From a virus, in the IMG/VR virus record IMGVR_UViG_3300027849_000009: 64,000 bases of DNA. One strand, 5' to 3'. The position numbers and the translations under genes are program-made. The notes under the pieces were generated by a model. It was not told the DNA's origin, made no database searches, and saw nothing but the letters and a program-made list of their open reading frames with translations. Shown piece after piece: positions 9,573 through 19,559 of the stretch (position 1 is its first letter; the number at the start of each line of letters is the position of its first letter).

Positions 9573-10604
9573 ATGTCTGTTATGGATAAATTGAAAAAGA
9601 ACTCAAAGATTAAGGGCACCAATGTGTTGTCCAAGTCCGAGTTCTTCGGTGAGAAAGAGATGTGTTCTATTGATGTGCCCATGTTAAATGTGGCACTATC
9701 AGGTAAACTTGATGGTGGTTTGGTGTCTGGCATGACTGTACTTGCTGGTCCATCGAAGCACTTCAAGACATCATTTGCTTTAAAGATTGCCTCTGCTTAT
9801 CTGAAATCAGATCCTGAAGCAATCATGTTGTTCTATGATTCTGAGTTTGGTTCACCGCAGTCGTACTTCACTGCATTCGGCATCGATGTGGATCGTGTAC
9901 TCCATACTCCTATTCGTAATGTCGAAGAACTGAAGTTTGATTTGATTGGTCAACTTGAGAGTATCGAGAAGAAAGATAAAGTAATTATTGTTATTGATTC
10001 TATTGGTAACCTAGCGTCCAAGAAAGAACTTCAAGATGCTATTGATGAGAAATCTGTTGCTGATATGTCTCGTGCTAAAGCATTGAAGGGTCTGTTCCGT
10101 ATGACCACTCCTTACTTGACCATGAAGAATATTCCTTTACTTGCTATCAATCACACTTATAAAGAGATTGGTTTGTTCCCTAAAGACATCGTTGGCGGTG
10201 GTACTGGCATCTATTATAGTGCTGATAACATCTGGATCATCGGTCGTCGCCAGAACAAGACGGGTACAGAAGTGATGGGTTATGACTTCATTGTTAAAGT
10301 AGAGAAGTCTCGGTATGTTAAAGAGCAGTCTAAGATTCCGATCACGGTGACGTGGGAAGGTGGTATCGAGCAGTATTCTGGTCTACTTGACATTGCACTT
10401 GGCGGTGGTTATGTTACTAAACCATCTAATGGTTGGTATCAGAAAGCAGGTGAAGATACTAAAGTTCGTCAGAAAGATACTCTCACCGCAGAGTTCTGGG
10501 CAGACATTCTTAATCAGAAAGGTTTCCAAGATTTAGTTGAATCAACCTACTGTATCGGTAAGCGATCAGAGATTGACCTTGACGCATTGATCGAGGAGGG
10601 TTAA
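9573..10604 (+). CDS. uvsX: UvsX RecA-like recombinase
   Basis: LNVALSG, GPSKHFKT, FYDSEFG, DMSRAK, GGGTG. Confidence 0.95.
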   Translation: MSVMDKLKKNSKIKGTNVLSKSEFFGEKEMCSIDVPMLNVALSGKLDGGLVSGMTVLAGPSKHFKTSFALKIASAYLKSDPEAIMLFYDSEFGSPQSYFTAFGIDVDRVLHTPIRNVEELKFDLIGQLESIEKKDKVIIVIDSIGNLASKKELQDAIDEKSVADMSRAKALKGLFRMTTPYLTMKNIPLLAINHTYKEIGLFPKDIVGGGTGIYYSADNIWIIGRRQNKTGTEVMGYDFIVKVEKSRYVKEQSKIPITVTWEGGIEQYSGLLDIALGGGYVTKPSNGWYQKAGEDTKVRQKDTLTAEFWADILNQKGFQDLVESTYCIGKRSEIDLDALIEEG

Positions 10605-10921
10605 TGACTGCTATGGTAGAAGGGACTGACTACGAGTTGGTCCCTGCTGATGGTACTGAAGCACTGAATGACCAAGCGTGGGATGTACGTCTCACGACTG
10701 GTTCGTTCGTTGAAACTGTATTAAGATTCGGTAATATTAAATTTAATGCAGAAGATGGTTGCTTAAACTTCAGTTTTATGATACAATCAACACCTGACGC
10801 CAGTATTAATGAAGAAGACACTGGATTACAGGAACACGCTGGTGCTATACTAGAAAGTATCCTAGAGACGGCAGCACAAGAAGGACAACTACAGTTGGGT
10901 GACCCTGACTCTGAGGAATAG
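10604..10921 (+). CDS. Hypothetical protein, gp40-like by position
   Basis: Between uvsX and gp41 as T4 gene 40; acidic, 105 aa. Confidence 0.45.
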   Translation: MTAMVEGTDYELVPADGTEALNDQAWDVRLTTGSFVETVLRFGNIKFNAEDGCLNFSFMIQSTPDASINEEDTGLQEHAGAILESILETAAQEGQLQLGDPDSEE

Positions 10922-10923
10922 AA

Positions 10924-12291
10924 TTGAAGATTGACTTAGAACAAACTATATTAAGAAACTTGTTGACGAATGAACCTTACTTGCGTAAAGTTATTCCTCA
11001 TCTGAAAAAAGAGTACTTCGAAGGTGTTTACTCTTTATTGTTCACTGAAGTCACTAAGTTCGTTAGTAGGTTCAATGCGTTACCTACTATCGAATCATTC
11101 AAGATTGAAATTGACCAATGTGATTTATTCACTGAGCAAACTTACACACACGCGATGGATATTCTGCCAACCATCTTCACTCACTCACCTGAGAACGAAG
11201 ATTGGTTGTTAGAGTCCACTGAGAAGTGGTGCCAAGATCGTGCTGTATATCTCGCTATCATGGAATCGATTGCAGTCATTGATGGTAAACACCAGACGTT
11301 TACTAAAGATGCTCTGCCTGATATTCTCACCGAAGCACTATCAGTATGTTTTGATAACAATGTAGGTCACGATTATCTCGAAGATGTTGAGGGTCGTTAT
11401 AACTTTTACCATGAGCAAGAAGAACGACTGCCGTTTGACTTGTCACAGTTCAATACTATCACTAAGGGTGGATTACCCAATAAGACTTTGAATATCTGTC
11501 TTGCTGGTACTGGTGTTGGTAAGTCTCTGTTCATGTGTCACGTGGCAGCAAATGCTTTATCACAAGGACGTAATGCTCTATACATTACTATGGAGATGGC
11601 AGAAGAGCGTATCGCAGAACGTATTGATGCTAACTTACTGAATGTTCCTATTGACCAGTTAGAGAATATGTCGCAGAAGATGTTCAGTGATAGGGTCAAT
11701 AAAGTCGCTTCGGGTACTAATGGTAAGTTAATCATTAAAGAGTATCCAACTGGTGCGGCACACAGCGGACACTTTCGTGCATTGTTGAACGAATTAAAGT
11801 TGAAAAAGAAGTTCGTTCCTGATATAATATTCATTGACTACTTAAACATATGTGCGAGTGCGAGAATGAAGAGTATGGGTGGAGCAATCAACTCTTATAC
11901 ATATATTAAAGCAATCGCTGAAGAGTTACGCGGTCTTGCTGTAGAGTTCAATGTTCCTATTATGTCTGCGACACAGACTACACGATCTGGATTTGGTAAC
12001 TCTGATCCCGGTCTTGAAGATACTAGTGAATCATTCGGACTACCCGCAACTGCTGATCTAATGTTCGCATTGATTAGTAACGAAGAGTTGTCAAGTCTCA
12101 ATCAAATCATGGTAAAGCAGTTGAAGAATCGTTACAATGATCCGAACGTCGAGAAGCGTTTCGTTATTGGTGTTGATCGTTCTAAGATGCGCCTCTATGA
12201 TATTGATCCTTCGGAGCAGACACTTGCTAATGATGTACCTCAGATGAGTACACCAAATGGTAAGGATCTATCCGGCATCAAAATGTTCTAG
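10924..12291 (+). CDS. 41: Replicative helicase gp41
   Basis: AGTGVGKS, YITMEMAEE, IDYLNIC, ATQTTR, SESFGLPATAD. Confidence 0.95.
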   Translation: MKIDLEQTILRNLLTNEPYLRKVIPHLKKEYFEGVYSLLFTEVTKFVSRFNALPTIESFKIEIDQCDLFTEQTYTHAMDILPTIFTHSPENEDWLLESTEKWCQDRAVYLAIMESIAVIDGKHQTFTKDALPDILTEALSVCFDNNVGHDYLEDVEGRYNFYHEQEERLPFDLSQFNTITKGGLPNKTLNICLAGTGVGKSLFMCHVAANALSQGRNALYITMEMAEERIAERIDANLLNVPIDQLENMSQKMFSDRVNKVASGTNGKLIIKEYPTGAAHSGHFRALLNELKLKKKFVPDIIFIDYLNICASARMKSMGGAINSYTYIKAIAEELRGLAVEFNVPIMSATQTTRSGFGNSDPGLEDTSESFGLPATADLMFALISNEELSSLNQIMVKQLKNRYNDPNVEKRFVIGVDRSKMRLYDIDPSEQTLANDVPQMSTPNGKDLSGIKMF

Positions 12292-12301
12292 GAGAATAGA
12301 A

Positions 12302-12505
12302 ATGGATCCAGTTTTACATACATTATTAGCAATTAGTTGCATGGCAGTATCATACTATGTAGGTAAAGCAGTAGGAGTAAGAGAGGGGATGTCAGACGTA
12401 TGGCAGTCCCTGCTTACATTATTTAAAGCAAAGAGTATCGAAGTCGATGATGACCTGAACATGTTCATTACTGATTACGATGGAAACGATAGAAAAATTA
12501 ATTAA
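12302..12505 (+). CDS. Hypothetical membrane protein
   Basis: AGGAG SD; N-terminal hydrophobic helix. Confidence 0.6.
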   Translation: MDPVLHTLLAISCMAVSYYVGKAVGVREGMSDVWQSLLTLFKAKSIEVDDDLNMFITDYDGNDRKIN

Positions 12506-12518
12506 TAGGAATTATATT

Positions 12519-13043
12519 ATGTTAGTCCCAGATACAATGTTTTATATGAGAGTACCATTTTTTAGCGACGATGCAAATCCATTCGCGTGGTCGTACAAGA
12601 CCAGCAAAGATTTATTTGCAGGAAAGAATGTGATCATCTTTGGTCTACCAGGAGCGTTCACTCCCACTTGTTCTAATGAGCAACTACCGGGTTATGAGGG
12701 ACTTTATAATGAGTTCATGGAAGCGGGTATTGATGAAGTGTGGTGCACCTCGGTGAACGATGCTTTCAGTATGTTCCAGTGGGCAAAGAATCTTGGTATT
12801 GAGAATGTTAAGATGTTGCCTGATGGTAATGGAGACTTCGCAGAGAGTCTAGGAATGTTAGTTGACAAGTCTAATCTTGGATTCGGTAAGCGTTCTTGGA
12901 GATACTCTATGCTAGTTCAAGATATGAGAATTACTAAAATGTTCGAAGAGCGAGGATTCGGTAATAATTGTCCTACAGATCCCTTTGAAGTATCAGATGC
13001 GCAGACCATGTTAATTGAGGTGACCAAAAATGCCGAACTATAA
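12519..13043 (+). CDS. Peroxiredoxin (Prx5 type)
   Basis: PGAFTPTCS, SVNDAF, LPDGNG, RSWRYSM. Confidence 0.92.
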   Translation: MLVPDTMFYMRVPFFSDDANPFAWSYKTSKDLFAGKNVIIFGLPGAFTPTCSNEQLPGYEGLYNEFMEAGIDEVWCTSVNDAFSMFQWAKNLGIENVKMLPDGNGDFAESLGMLVDKSNLGFGKRSWRYSMLVQDMRITKMFEERGFGNNCPTDPFEVSDAQTMLIEVTKNAEL

Positions 13044-13539
13044 ATTTAGAGAAGACGAACTGATTGCTGAGTTCATGAAGTATATTGACCAGACTTATGG
13101 TGGTCATTATGGACAGGGCGGATTACAGTCGAGCGAAGTAATCGTTGATCGTGGTCATGGTATTGGATTCTTTCTTGGTAATGTTGACAAGTACAATGGT
13201 CGATATGGTAAGAAGGGTGAACCCGCAGATCACCGCAAAGATATTGTAAAGATTATTCATTATGGATTTCTTGCACTGTATGAGCATGATCGTATCCATG
13301 AAGTGTCAGCGCCGACAGAAGATTTTTCATATGACGCGGCAAGTCATGTTGGCACACCCGAAGGTTATGATGTAACATTTGACTTCCCACGTGAAGATGT
13401 AATTGAAACTAAGTTATCATTCGAAGATATAAATTGGTTGAATGTAAACTCAACTGATGCTAGATCATTGAATGATGTTTCGCCTCAAGAGTGGGATAGA
13501 GTAGGCAAAGCATTTCTTGAAAAGGAATTAGCGAAGTGA
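13030..13539 (+). CDS. DUF3310-like (T7 gp1.7-like) protein
   Basis: HY...GFFLGNVDKYNGRYGKKG..KDIVKIIHY pattern. Confidence 0.55.
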   Translation: MPNYKFREDELIAEFMKYIDQTYGGHYGQGGLQSSEVIVDRGHGIGFFLGNVDKYNGRYGKKGEPADHRKDIVKIIHYGFLALYEHDRIHEVSAPTEDFSYDAASHVGTPEGYDVTFDFPREDVIETKLSFEDINWLNVNSTDARSLNDVSPQEWDRVGKAFLEKELAK

Positions 13540-13778
13540 GTGACATCTTCGATTTTGGATTCACAGCAGTTACAGAGGACGAACTTGAAACTGTAACTGT
13601 TGCAAAAGAAAGTGAGATTTTGGTTGCAAATAGGTTAGATATGTTGTATAATGGCATTCTACCATTGTTAGAGAACTTAAAGAAAAACCCAGAAAAAGAT
13701 TACATTTATTGGCCAAATAGAACTGGCAAAGTAGAAGAGTTTGAAAAACACTTAAAGAAAATCTACCAAGGAGAATAA
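13536..13778 (+). CDS. Hypothetical protein
   Basis: FDFGFTAV...PEKDYIYWPNR; overlaps the previous stop. Confidence 0.7.
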   Translation: MSDIFDFGFTAVTEDELETVTVAKESEILVANRLDMLYNGILPLLENLKKNPEKDYIYWPNRTGKVEEFEKHLKKIYQGE

Positions 13779-13889
13779 CATTGCGATCAAACACTGCTCA
13801 AGTAAGGACACTACAGAGAAGACAGCGATCAGTATGGGATTTAATTGAGAGACAAGACAAAGCGAGACTAATTAATAATGAGGTATTGG

Positions 13890-14189
13890 ATGATAGAAGC
13901 GAGAATAGAGCAAGTAAAGCAGTGGCACATAGATCGGAATCTGATTGATGGTGCAACTGACAAGGATCAAGTTTGTAAGTTGATTCAGGAAGTAGGTGAG
14001 TTATCCGATAACGTCTGTAAGAATTTAGATGTAGCAGACGATATTGGTGACATCATGGTAGTATTGATTAACATTGCAGAGCGTAATGGTTTATCATTAG
14101 AACATTGTTTAGATGTTGCATACGATGATATTAAGGACCGAAAGGGTCGAATGGTTGATGGTATATTTGTTAAGGAAGGTGATTTATGA
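13890..14189 (+). CDS. MazG-like nucleotide pyrophosphohydrolase
   Basis: KLIQEVGEL, DDIGDIMVVL, AYDDIKDRKG. Confidence 0.8.
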   Translation: MIEARIEQVKQWHIDRNLIDGATDKDQVCKLIQEVGELSDNVCKNLDVADDIGDIMVVLINIAERNGLSLEHCLDVAYDDIKDRKGRMVDGIFVKEGDL

Positions 14190-14443
14190 ATAAAGAAGAA
14201 TTTTTATTAGCGGCACAAGCAGGCGTAGTTACAGTTCAGTTCGAGAAGATTAATGATGGCGGCACAAGGATCATGCCTTGCACCCTCAATCGAGCATTGT
14301 CTCAAGATAATGTACCTGAGATACTAGAGCAGAAATCAGAAAACGACCACTTCGCTGTCTGGTCATTAGACAAAGAAGCATGGCGATCCTTTCGAGTTGA
14401 CACCGTGACTGACTGGTACGAGGGTTATCCACCCGAAGCATAA
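14186..14443 (+). CDS. Small SH3/WYL-like protein
   Basis: VTVQFEK..G.TR.M.CTL...WRSFRVD. Confidence 0.55.
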   Translation: MNKEEFLLAAQAGVVTVQFEKINDGGTRIMPCTLNRALSQDNVPEILEQKSENDHFAVWSLDKEAWRSFRVDTVTDWYEGYPPEA

Positions 14444-14445
14444 GA

Positions 14446-14511
14446 AGTTATGTTCTTATAACAAAACAATCTAAGCGAACTGTTGACAGCAGTTCGTTTT
14501 TTTGCTATAAT
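14446..14511 (+). promoter_or_regulatory. Early promoter, family A copy 1
   Basis: TTATAACaaaacAATCTAA dyad; TTGACA(14483)-N17-TATAAT. Confidence 0.8.
14475..14503 (+). terminator. Intrinsic terminator overlapping the -35 box
   Basis: CGAACTG/CAGTTCG stem with the -35 at its tip, followed by T7. Confidence 0.65.
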
Positions 14512-14546
14512 AGTGTCTGATTTGATTGATTTGTAAAGGATATATT

Positions 14547-14702
14547 ATGAGTGTTTTAGTTGATATGAGTACTGGACGTTTTGTTGAGTTTGGTTGTTTT
14601 GGCAATATTGCTGAGTATGTACAGAGTTTAGATTCTGCGGGTGTTGAACACACCTACCGTATCTTTCTGGATGCAGAAGAAGCATATGCCGAAGTGTCAT
14701 AA
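14547..14702 (+). CDS. Small early protein (51 aa, not in track)
   Basis: AAGGA SD; MSVLVDMSTGRFVEFG... Confidence 0.65.
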   Translation: MSVLVDMSTGRFVEFGCFGNIAEYVQSLDSAGVEHTYRIFLDAEEAYAEVS

Positions 14703-14774
14703 GTTTCATGAATGATCACTATTCACGATAAAAATGTGGATAGTGTTGACATACCAAGCAAACATTGATATAAT
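14699..14774 (+). promoter_or_regulatory. Early promoter, family B copy 1
   Basis: ATAA-N7-GAAT-N7-ATTC-N7-AAAT, 10 nt, TTGACA-N17-TATAAT. Confidence 0.85.
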
Positions 14775-14804
14775 AACACCTGATTCGAACGATTACTGAG
14801 AGAT

Positions 14805-15215
14805 ATGATTATGGCGTATGTAAGTCAAGAAATGAAAAAAGAATTCGCTCCTGCTATCAAAGCAGTCCTCAAGAAGTACAACATGAAAGGTAGTATTGCC
14901 GTTCGTCACCACAGCGTTTTGGTTGTAAACATCAAGAGTGGTGCTTTAGACATTCTCGGTTCTTTGCCTGTCAGTGAGTACGGACCGCGTGATTACGTTC
15001 AAGTCAACGAACACTGGATCAAAGAGAACTATGATGATGCCACTGTTGTTGCGTTCCTGACTGAACTGAAAGATGCGATGAAAGGACCAGACTTCTTCGA
15101 TGAATCTGATGCAATGACTGATTACTTCAACGTCAGTCACTACCTCTCTATGAATGTTGGAAACTACAACACTCCTTACATCTATACTCCCCTTGAACTG
15201 AAGAAGGCAGCATAA
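14805..15215 (+). CDS. Conserved early hypothetical protein
   Basis: MAYVSQE...SDAMTDYF; directly after promoter. Confidence 0.75.
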   Translation: MIMAYVSQEMKKEFAPAIKAVLKKYNMKGSIAVRHHSVLVVNIKSGALDILGSLPVSEYGPRDYVQVNEHWIKENYDDATVVAFLTELKDAMKGPDFFDESDAMTDYFNVSHYLSMNVGNYNTPYIYTPLELKKAA

Positions 15216-15216
15216 A

Positions 15217-15366
15217 ATGAACGTAATGAATCTCGAATATATCGACAGTTTAGGCGAGAGACACATTGTATGGAACGTAGCAGATCCCGAGCAGTTGAAA
15301 CGTAATCTGATTGCTCTGAATGTTCCTGCTGAGAATATTGAAATCTACGAAAAGGATGTATCATGA
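15217..15366 (+). CDS. Small hypothetical protein (49 aa, not in track)
   Basis: MNVMNLEYIDSLGERH...; abuts the previous stop. Confidence 0.55.
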   Translation: MNVMNLEYIDSLGERHIVWNVADPEQLKRNLIALNVPAENIEIYEKDVS

Positions 15367-15501
15367 AACGACAACATAAGGTTATAATGCTTTTTCTACC
15401 CATGTTAATCTGGGACACGTATTACTATTTGCTCAAGCATTTGTACAGATTAAGCACCAATATAGATAAAGTAGGCGGCAACAAAATAGAGAACTTTCTA
15501 G

Positions 15502-16293
15502 GTGACGAATAAATTGAAAAAGAAAATTATAATTGCTGGTTATGGTCCAGTAGGTCAAGCGATACACGCGGCACTAAAAGAACATCCTAAGATTGAACTT
15601 CTTATCGATGATCCTTACCTGGGTCTCTATGTCGATGAGGATGTAATCGTCGAAGGCGTAATCGTGTGTGTTGCTACTCCTCAGGGAGATGATGGCAAGT
15701 GTGATACGACTGCATTAGAAGAAGTATTTTCTAAGTACGGTGATGTAAAGTATTTGGTCAAGTCAACAACTGATCCAGTCTTCTTCGACTTCCGTGATGA
15801 AAACATTACATTTAGTCCTGAGTACATTCGCGGTACGACTAGTTTCAACTACCTCAAAGACTTCACCGATTCCACGTTTGCGGTCTACGGTGGTGGTGAG
15901 ATGCGATATTGGCACGAACTGCTTAAACCAGTTATGCCTAATCTGAAAGATGTGAGGTTCTTACCTGATGCATCACAGGCAGCATTCACTAAATACTTCC
16001 TCAACTGTTATCTGGCGACCAAGGTATCATTCTTTAATCAGATGTTCCAAGTGTTCGAGGACTATAGAGGCGGTGACGTATCTGATTTTGATTGTGTGAT
16101 CGATGCGTTATGTTTAGACCCGAGAGTGTCTGACTCTCATACACAAGTGCCTGGTCCTGACGGCGAGTTCGGTTACGGTGGACATTGTTTCCCCAAAGAC
16201 ATGAGTGCAATGATTCAGGTAGGCAAAGAGTTGGGAACTGATATGACGTTCCTAGAGAATGTGGTTGAAGCGAACGAAAGGAACAGGAGTTAA
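15502..16293 (+). CDS. UDP-glucose 6-dehydrogenase-like protein lacking the C-terminal domain
   Basis: GYGPVG, VCVATP, FSPEY, ATKVSFFN, DPRV, GYGGHCFPKD. Confidence 0.85.
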   Translation: MTNKLKKKIIIAGYGPVGQAIHAALKEHPKIELLIDDPYLGLYVDEDVIVEGVIVCVATPQGDDGKCDTTALEEVFSKYGDVKYLVKSTTDPVFFDFRDENITFSPEYIRGTTSFNYLKDFTDSTFAVYGGGEMRYWHELLKPVMPNLKDVRFLPDASQAAFTKYFLNCYLATKVSFFNQMFQVFEDYRGGDVSDFDCVIDALCLDPRVSDSHTQVPGPDGEFGYGGHCFPKDMSAMIQVGKELGTDMTFLENVVEANERNRS

Positions 16294-16295
16294 AC

Positions 16296-16493
16296 ATGAG
16301 CGTAATCGATTTTATTATTCTGGCAATCTCAATGTATGCTTTATATTGGGTAATCAGAGGTTTGATTGGGTTTGCAAAATTGTACTGGACAGAGATTTTA
16401 GATGAAGACGAACGGTCGTTTTTCCGTGATCCTGTAGCGTACACAAGAAAGTCTGCTAAAGACGATAAGGACGAGAGTGATGGAACTGGGTGA
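16296..16493 (+). CDS. Hypothetical membrane protein
   Basis: N-terminal TM, AGGAG SD. Confidence 0.6.
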   Translation: MSVIDFIILAISMYALYWVIRGLIGFAKLYWTEILDEDERSFFRDPVAYTRKSAKDDKDESDGTG

Positions 16494-16573
16494 TTTAGAT
16501 AGCGGACATTATATAGGAATGGTATTCATTACTGTCCTGATGTTTGTATGGTTAGCATTTGATTTAAGAGAGG

Positions 16574-16855
16574 ATGATGATGATGAGTAAAATGATTGTA
16601 TTGAATAAGTTTGTAGTAGTGAAAGAAATAGCGGTAGCAGATACAGAATTAGCAAGTGGTATTATTCTATCGGGTGATATTACAACGGGTAATAAACCTG
16701 CTGAAGTGGTTGCTGTCGGTGCTGAGTGTGAATACATTGTTCCTGGTATCAACGTGATCCTTGATTGGACCAAAGCAATGCCATTCGAAAGTGAAAGTGT
16801 AAAGTTAGCGGTTATTGCTTACGAACACGTTAAGGTGATTCTCAATGTCGATTAA
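16574..16855 (+). CDS. Co-chaperonin GroES-like
   Basis: Mobile loop TELASGIIL, AEVVAVG. Confidence 0.7.
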   Translation: MMMMSKMIVLNKFVVVKEIAVADTELASGIILSGDITTGNKPAEVVAVGAECEYIVPGINVILDWTKAMPFESESVKLAVIAYEHVKVILNVD

Positions 16856-17045
16856 TATTGAATTGGAACATGAGCAAGTCGATGCTATTATGGTGCAAGA
16901 GTTGACGCGCCAGATTGATGACTTCGAAGCGAACAAGCATCCACCCGGCATGACAATATTTGATGACGATCCAGTGAAAGATGCTGTATTGATTCAGCAA
17001 CAGATCGATGCTATGCGCCTAGTTAGGGAATGGTACACTGCATGA
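16845..17045 (+). CDS. Hypothetical protein
   Basis: Coupled ORF. Confidence 0.6.
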   Translation: MSINIELEHEQVDAIMVQELTRQIDDFEANKHPPGMTIFDDDPVKDAVLIQQQIDAMRLVREWYTA

Positions 17046-17157
17046 TTATCAAGATAGAGGTCGAGATCGATACTAATGATAACCGCGACCAGCAATCTAT
17101 AATGGAATTAATAGAAATACTTAAAGACTTTGGAAGTCGAGAAACGGAGGAAGAGTA

Positions 17158-18273
17158 ATGAGTTATGAGTTTACCAGCGAGAGTGTTAGTGAGGGGCATC
17201 CGGACAAGATAGCGGACCTCATCTCTGACAGTATCGCAGATTTTCTTATTGAGAAGAACCCAAACAATCGTGCGGCAATCGAAACCCTAGTGACTAGCAA
17301 TACCGTGGTAGTTGCAGGCGAATATAAAAGTGATACTCCTATGTCGATGAAAACTCGATTTAGAATTGAGGGTATTATTCGTCGTGTTGTGCGCGAGATT
17401 GGGTATGAGCAAGAGAATTTTCATTGGGACACATTAGATGTTGTCAATCTTATCCATGGTCAGAGTCCTGATATTGCTTTAGGCACTGATGACTTTGGTG
17501 CTGGCGATCAGGGTTTGATGTTTGGTTATGCGTGTACCGAGACCGAAGACTTTATGCCGAGTGCGATATATCACAGTCACAAGATACTTCAACTATTGAC
17601 CGAAGAGCGAAAGAGTGGTCGTGCTGAATATCTGGGTCCTGATGCTAAAGCACAGGTGACGATGGAGTACAACGATGATGGCACTCCTCTACGCATTAGT
17701 AAAGTTGTTTGTAGTAGTCAACACACAGAAGATTATCCATTCGATATTATTCGGACGTTCATCACCCAGATTGTCAAGCGGGCAATTACTGGTTACTTCG
17801 ATGAAGATACAGAGTTCTTAATCAATCCGACTGGTAGATTCATCATTGGTGGTCCAGACGGTGATACAGGCGTAACTGGTCGAAAGATCATCGTAGACAC
17901 CTATGGTGGATACGCACCGCACGGAGGTGGAGCGTTTAGCGGTAAAGACTGTACTAAAGTCGATAGAAGTGGCGCATATATGGCGAGATATCTTGCTAAA
18001 AACATTGTTGCCTCAACCTTTGCTGACACTTGTACTGTTCAATTAAGTTATGCGATTGGTGTGAAAGAACCAACAAGTCTACACGTATTTGCTGACGGTA
18101 AGGTTAGAAACGATCTAGCGGCATTGATTCGTGAAAAAGTTGACCTAACACCAAAAGGAATCATTGACAAGTTCGACCTGTTTATGTTACAATTAGAACT
18201 TACTACTAACTATGGTCATTTCGGCAAAGCAGACTTACCATGGGAAAGACTTGATTTAGACTTAGGTGAATAA
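17158..18273 (+). CDS. metK: S-adenosylmethionine synthetase
   Basis: FTSESVSEGHPDK, GAGDQG, GRKIIVDTYGG, GGGAFSGKD. Confidence 0.97.
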   Translation: MSYEFTSESVSEGHPDKIADLISDSIADFLIEKNPNNRAAIETLVTSNTVVVAGEYKSDTPMSMKTRFRIEGIIRRVVREIGYEQENFHWDTLDVVNLIHGQSPDIALGTDDFGAGDQGLMFGYACTETEDFMPSAIYHSHKILQLLTEERKSGRAEYLGPDAKAQVTMEYNDDGTPLRISKVVCSSQHTEDYPFDIIRTFITQIVKRAITGYFDEDTEFLINPTGRFIIGGPDGDTGVTGRKIIVDTYGGYAPHGGGAFSGKDCTKVDRSGAYMARYLAKNIVASTFADTCTVQLSYAIGVKEPTSLHVFADGKVRNDLAALIREKVDLTPKGIIDKFDLFMLQLELTTNYGHFGKADLPWERLDLDLGE

Positions 18274-18730
18274 TATGAAAGAAAAGTTCGTGAAAGCATA
18301 TATGGATACTGCACATAGATTTGCACAGTTAAGCACTGCAAAGAGATTACAAGTGGGAGCGATCATTGTAAAAGATGATCGTATCATTTCTATTGGTTAT
18401 AATGGTATGCCTTCAGGTTGGGATAATGTGTGTGAACATCATCTTTACACAAATGAATTTGGTAGAGAGAAATCCTATACTAAGTCGCGACCCGAAGTTC
18501 TTCATGCTGAAGCGAATGCAATCACCAAGGTTGCACGTAGTTCCGAATCAAGTAAAGGTGCAACTCTATTCTGTACTCACACTCCTTGCATGGAATGTGC
18601 TAAGTTAATATATCAGAGTGGTATCGATACCGTCTATGTTGATACCGAGTATGTTGCAAGTAAGGGCAGCGGCAAGCAGTTTCTAATTGATTGTGGCGTA
18701 GAGGTAATTCAGTATGACAATGCCATGTGA
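18266..18730 (+). CDS. dCMP deaminase
   Basis: IGYNG, HAEANAI, PCMECAK. Confidence 0.9.
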   Translation: MNNMKEKFVKAYMDTAHRFAQLSTAKRLQVGAIIVKDDRIISIGYNGMPSGWDNVCEHHLYTNEFGREKSYTKSRPEVLHAEANAITKVARSSESSKGATLFCTHTPCMECAKLIYQSGIDTVYVDTEYVASKGSGKQFLIDCGVEVIQYDNAM

Positions 18731-18908
18731 AAGAACCCGAGCAGTTAATAATACTAGACAGTTTCTGGTTGACTTGCAGTCAGACCTCAGTGCACCTGAT
18801 GCAGTAAGGAAAGAAGCATCCCGATGCCTCAGGCACTATCCTGGCGAATACTATATGGAATTATCACAAGAACATTTACCAGAAGTGTGGGGAGAACCTA
18901 ATGAGTAA
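18714..18908 (+). CDS. Hypothetical protein (BPSL0761-like)
   Basis: MTMPCERTRAV...EASRCLRHYP. Confidence 0.5.
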   Translation: MTMPCERTRAVNNTRQFLVDLQSDLSAPDAVRKEASRCLRHYPGEYYMELSQEHLPEVWGEPNE

Positions 18909-19188
18909 GTTTGTTATGGTCGATTGTATCAGCACCTATCGTATGAGATATTGTGTCGAATTGAATGACAATGATCCGAAAGAGTGGGCGCTGGATACTG
19001 TAGTTATGGAGGAAGCGAAAGAGTTTTCTCAAGAGCATTTAGGTGAAATGATAACATCTCATAGAGTATTATCTGATAAAGAAGAGGCATTCGAAATATT
19101 TCGAGAAGATAACGAATACCTTAAAGACATAAGCGAAGAGCGTCTTACTGAGATTGGAATAACTTTGATCGAGGACTATACTAAATGA
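18901..19188 (+). CDS. Hypothetical protein
   Basis: Coupled ORF. Confidence 0.65.
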   Translation: MSKFVMVDCISTYRMRYCVELNDNDPKEWALDTVVMEEAKEFSQEHLGEMITSHRVLSDKEEAFEIFREDNEYLKDISEERLTEIGITLIEDYTK

Positions 19189-19559
19189 AACATTACTACA
19201 AATTTATATCTACACCTTATGAGTGTGATCTAGGCAGTTCGGTCAACAATCACATAGAGTTTTCTATTACTGATCGTGATGTTCCTCTACATGATATGCT
19301 AGAACAGTTTAAGTATTTCTTGCAGGCATCAGGTTACAATATATACCCTAATGAACATATTGAGATTGTAACTGACGAAGAAAGGTTCGAATATCCCTCT
19401 GAGCATGAATGGAAAGATGTGACCCGAGTAGAAGTCATTGATGATAATGGACGTGCTTATGTTGGTTATGGATTAGAGAGTGTATCACATTCTGTACAAG
19501 ATGATGGACAAACCCTTAAAATATTTGTAGAGAATGAGAAGCATGATAGTACCAGATAA
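19185..19559 (+). CDS. Hypothetical protein
   Basis: VTRVEVID..GR.Y...QDDGQTLKIF. Confidence 0.65.
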   Translation: MKHYYKFISTPYECDLGSSVNNHIEFSITDRDVPLHDMLEQFKYFLQASGYNIYPNEHIEIVTDEERFEYPSEHEWKDVTRVEVIDDNGRAYVGYGLESVSHSVQDDGQTLKIFVENEKHDSTR

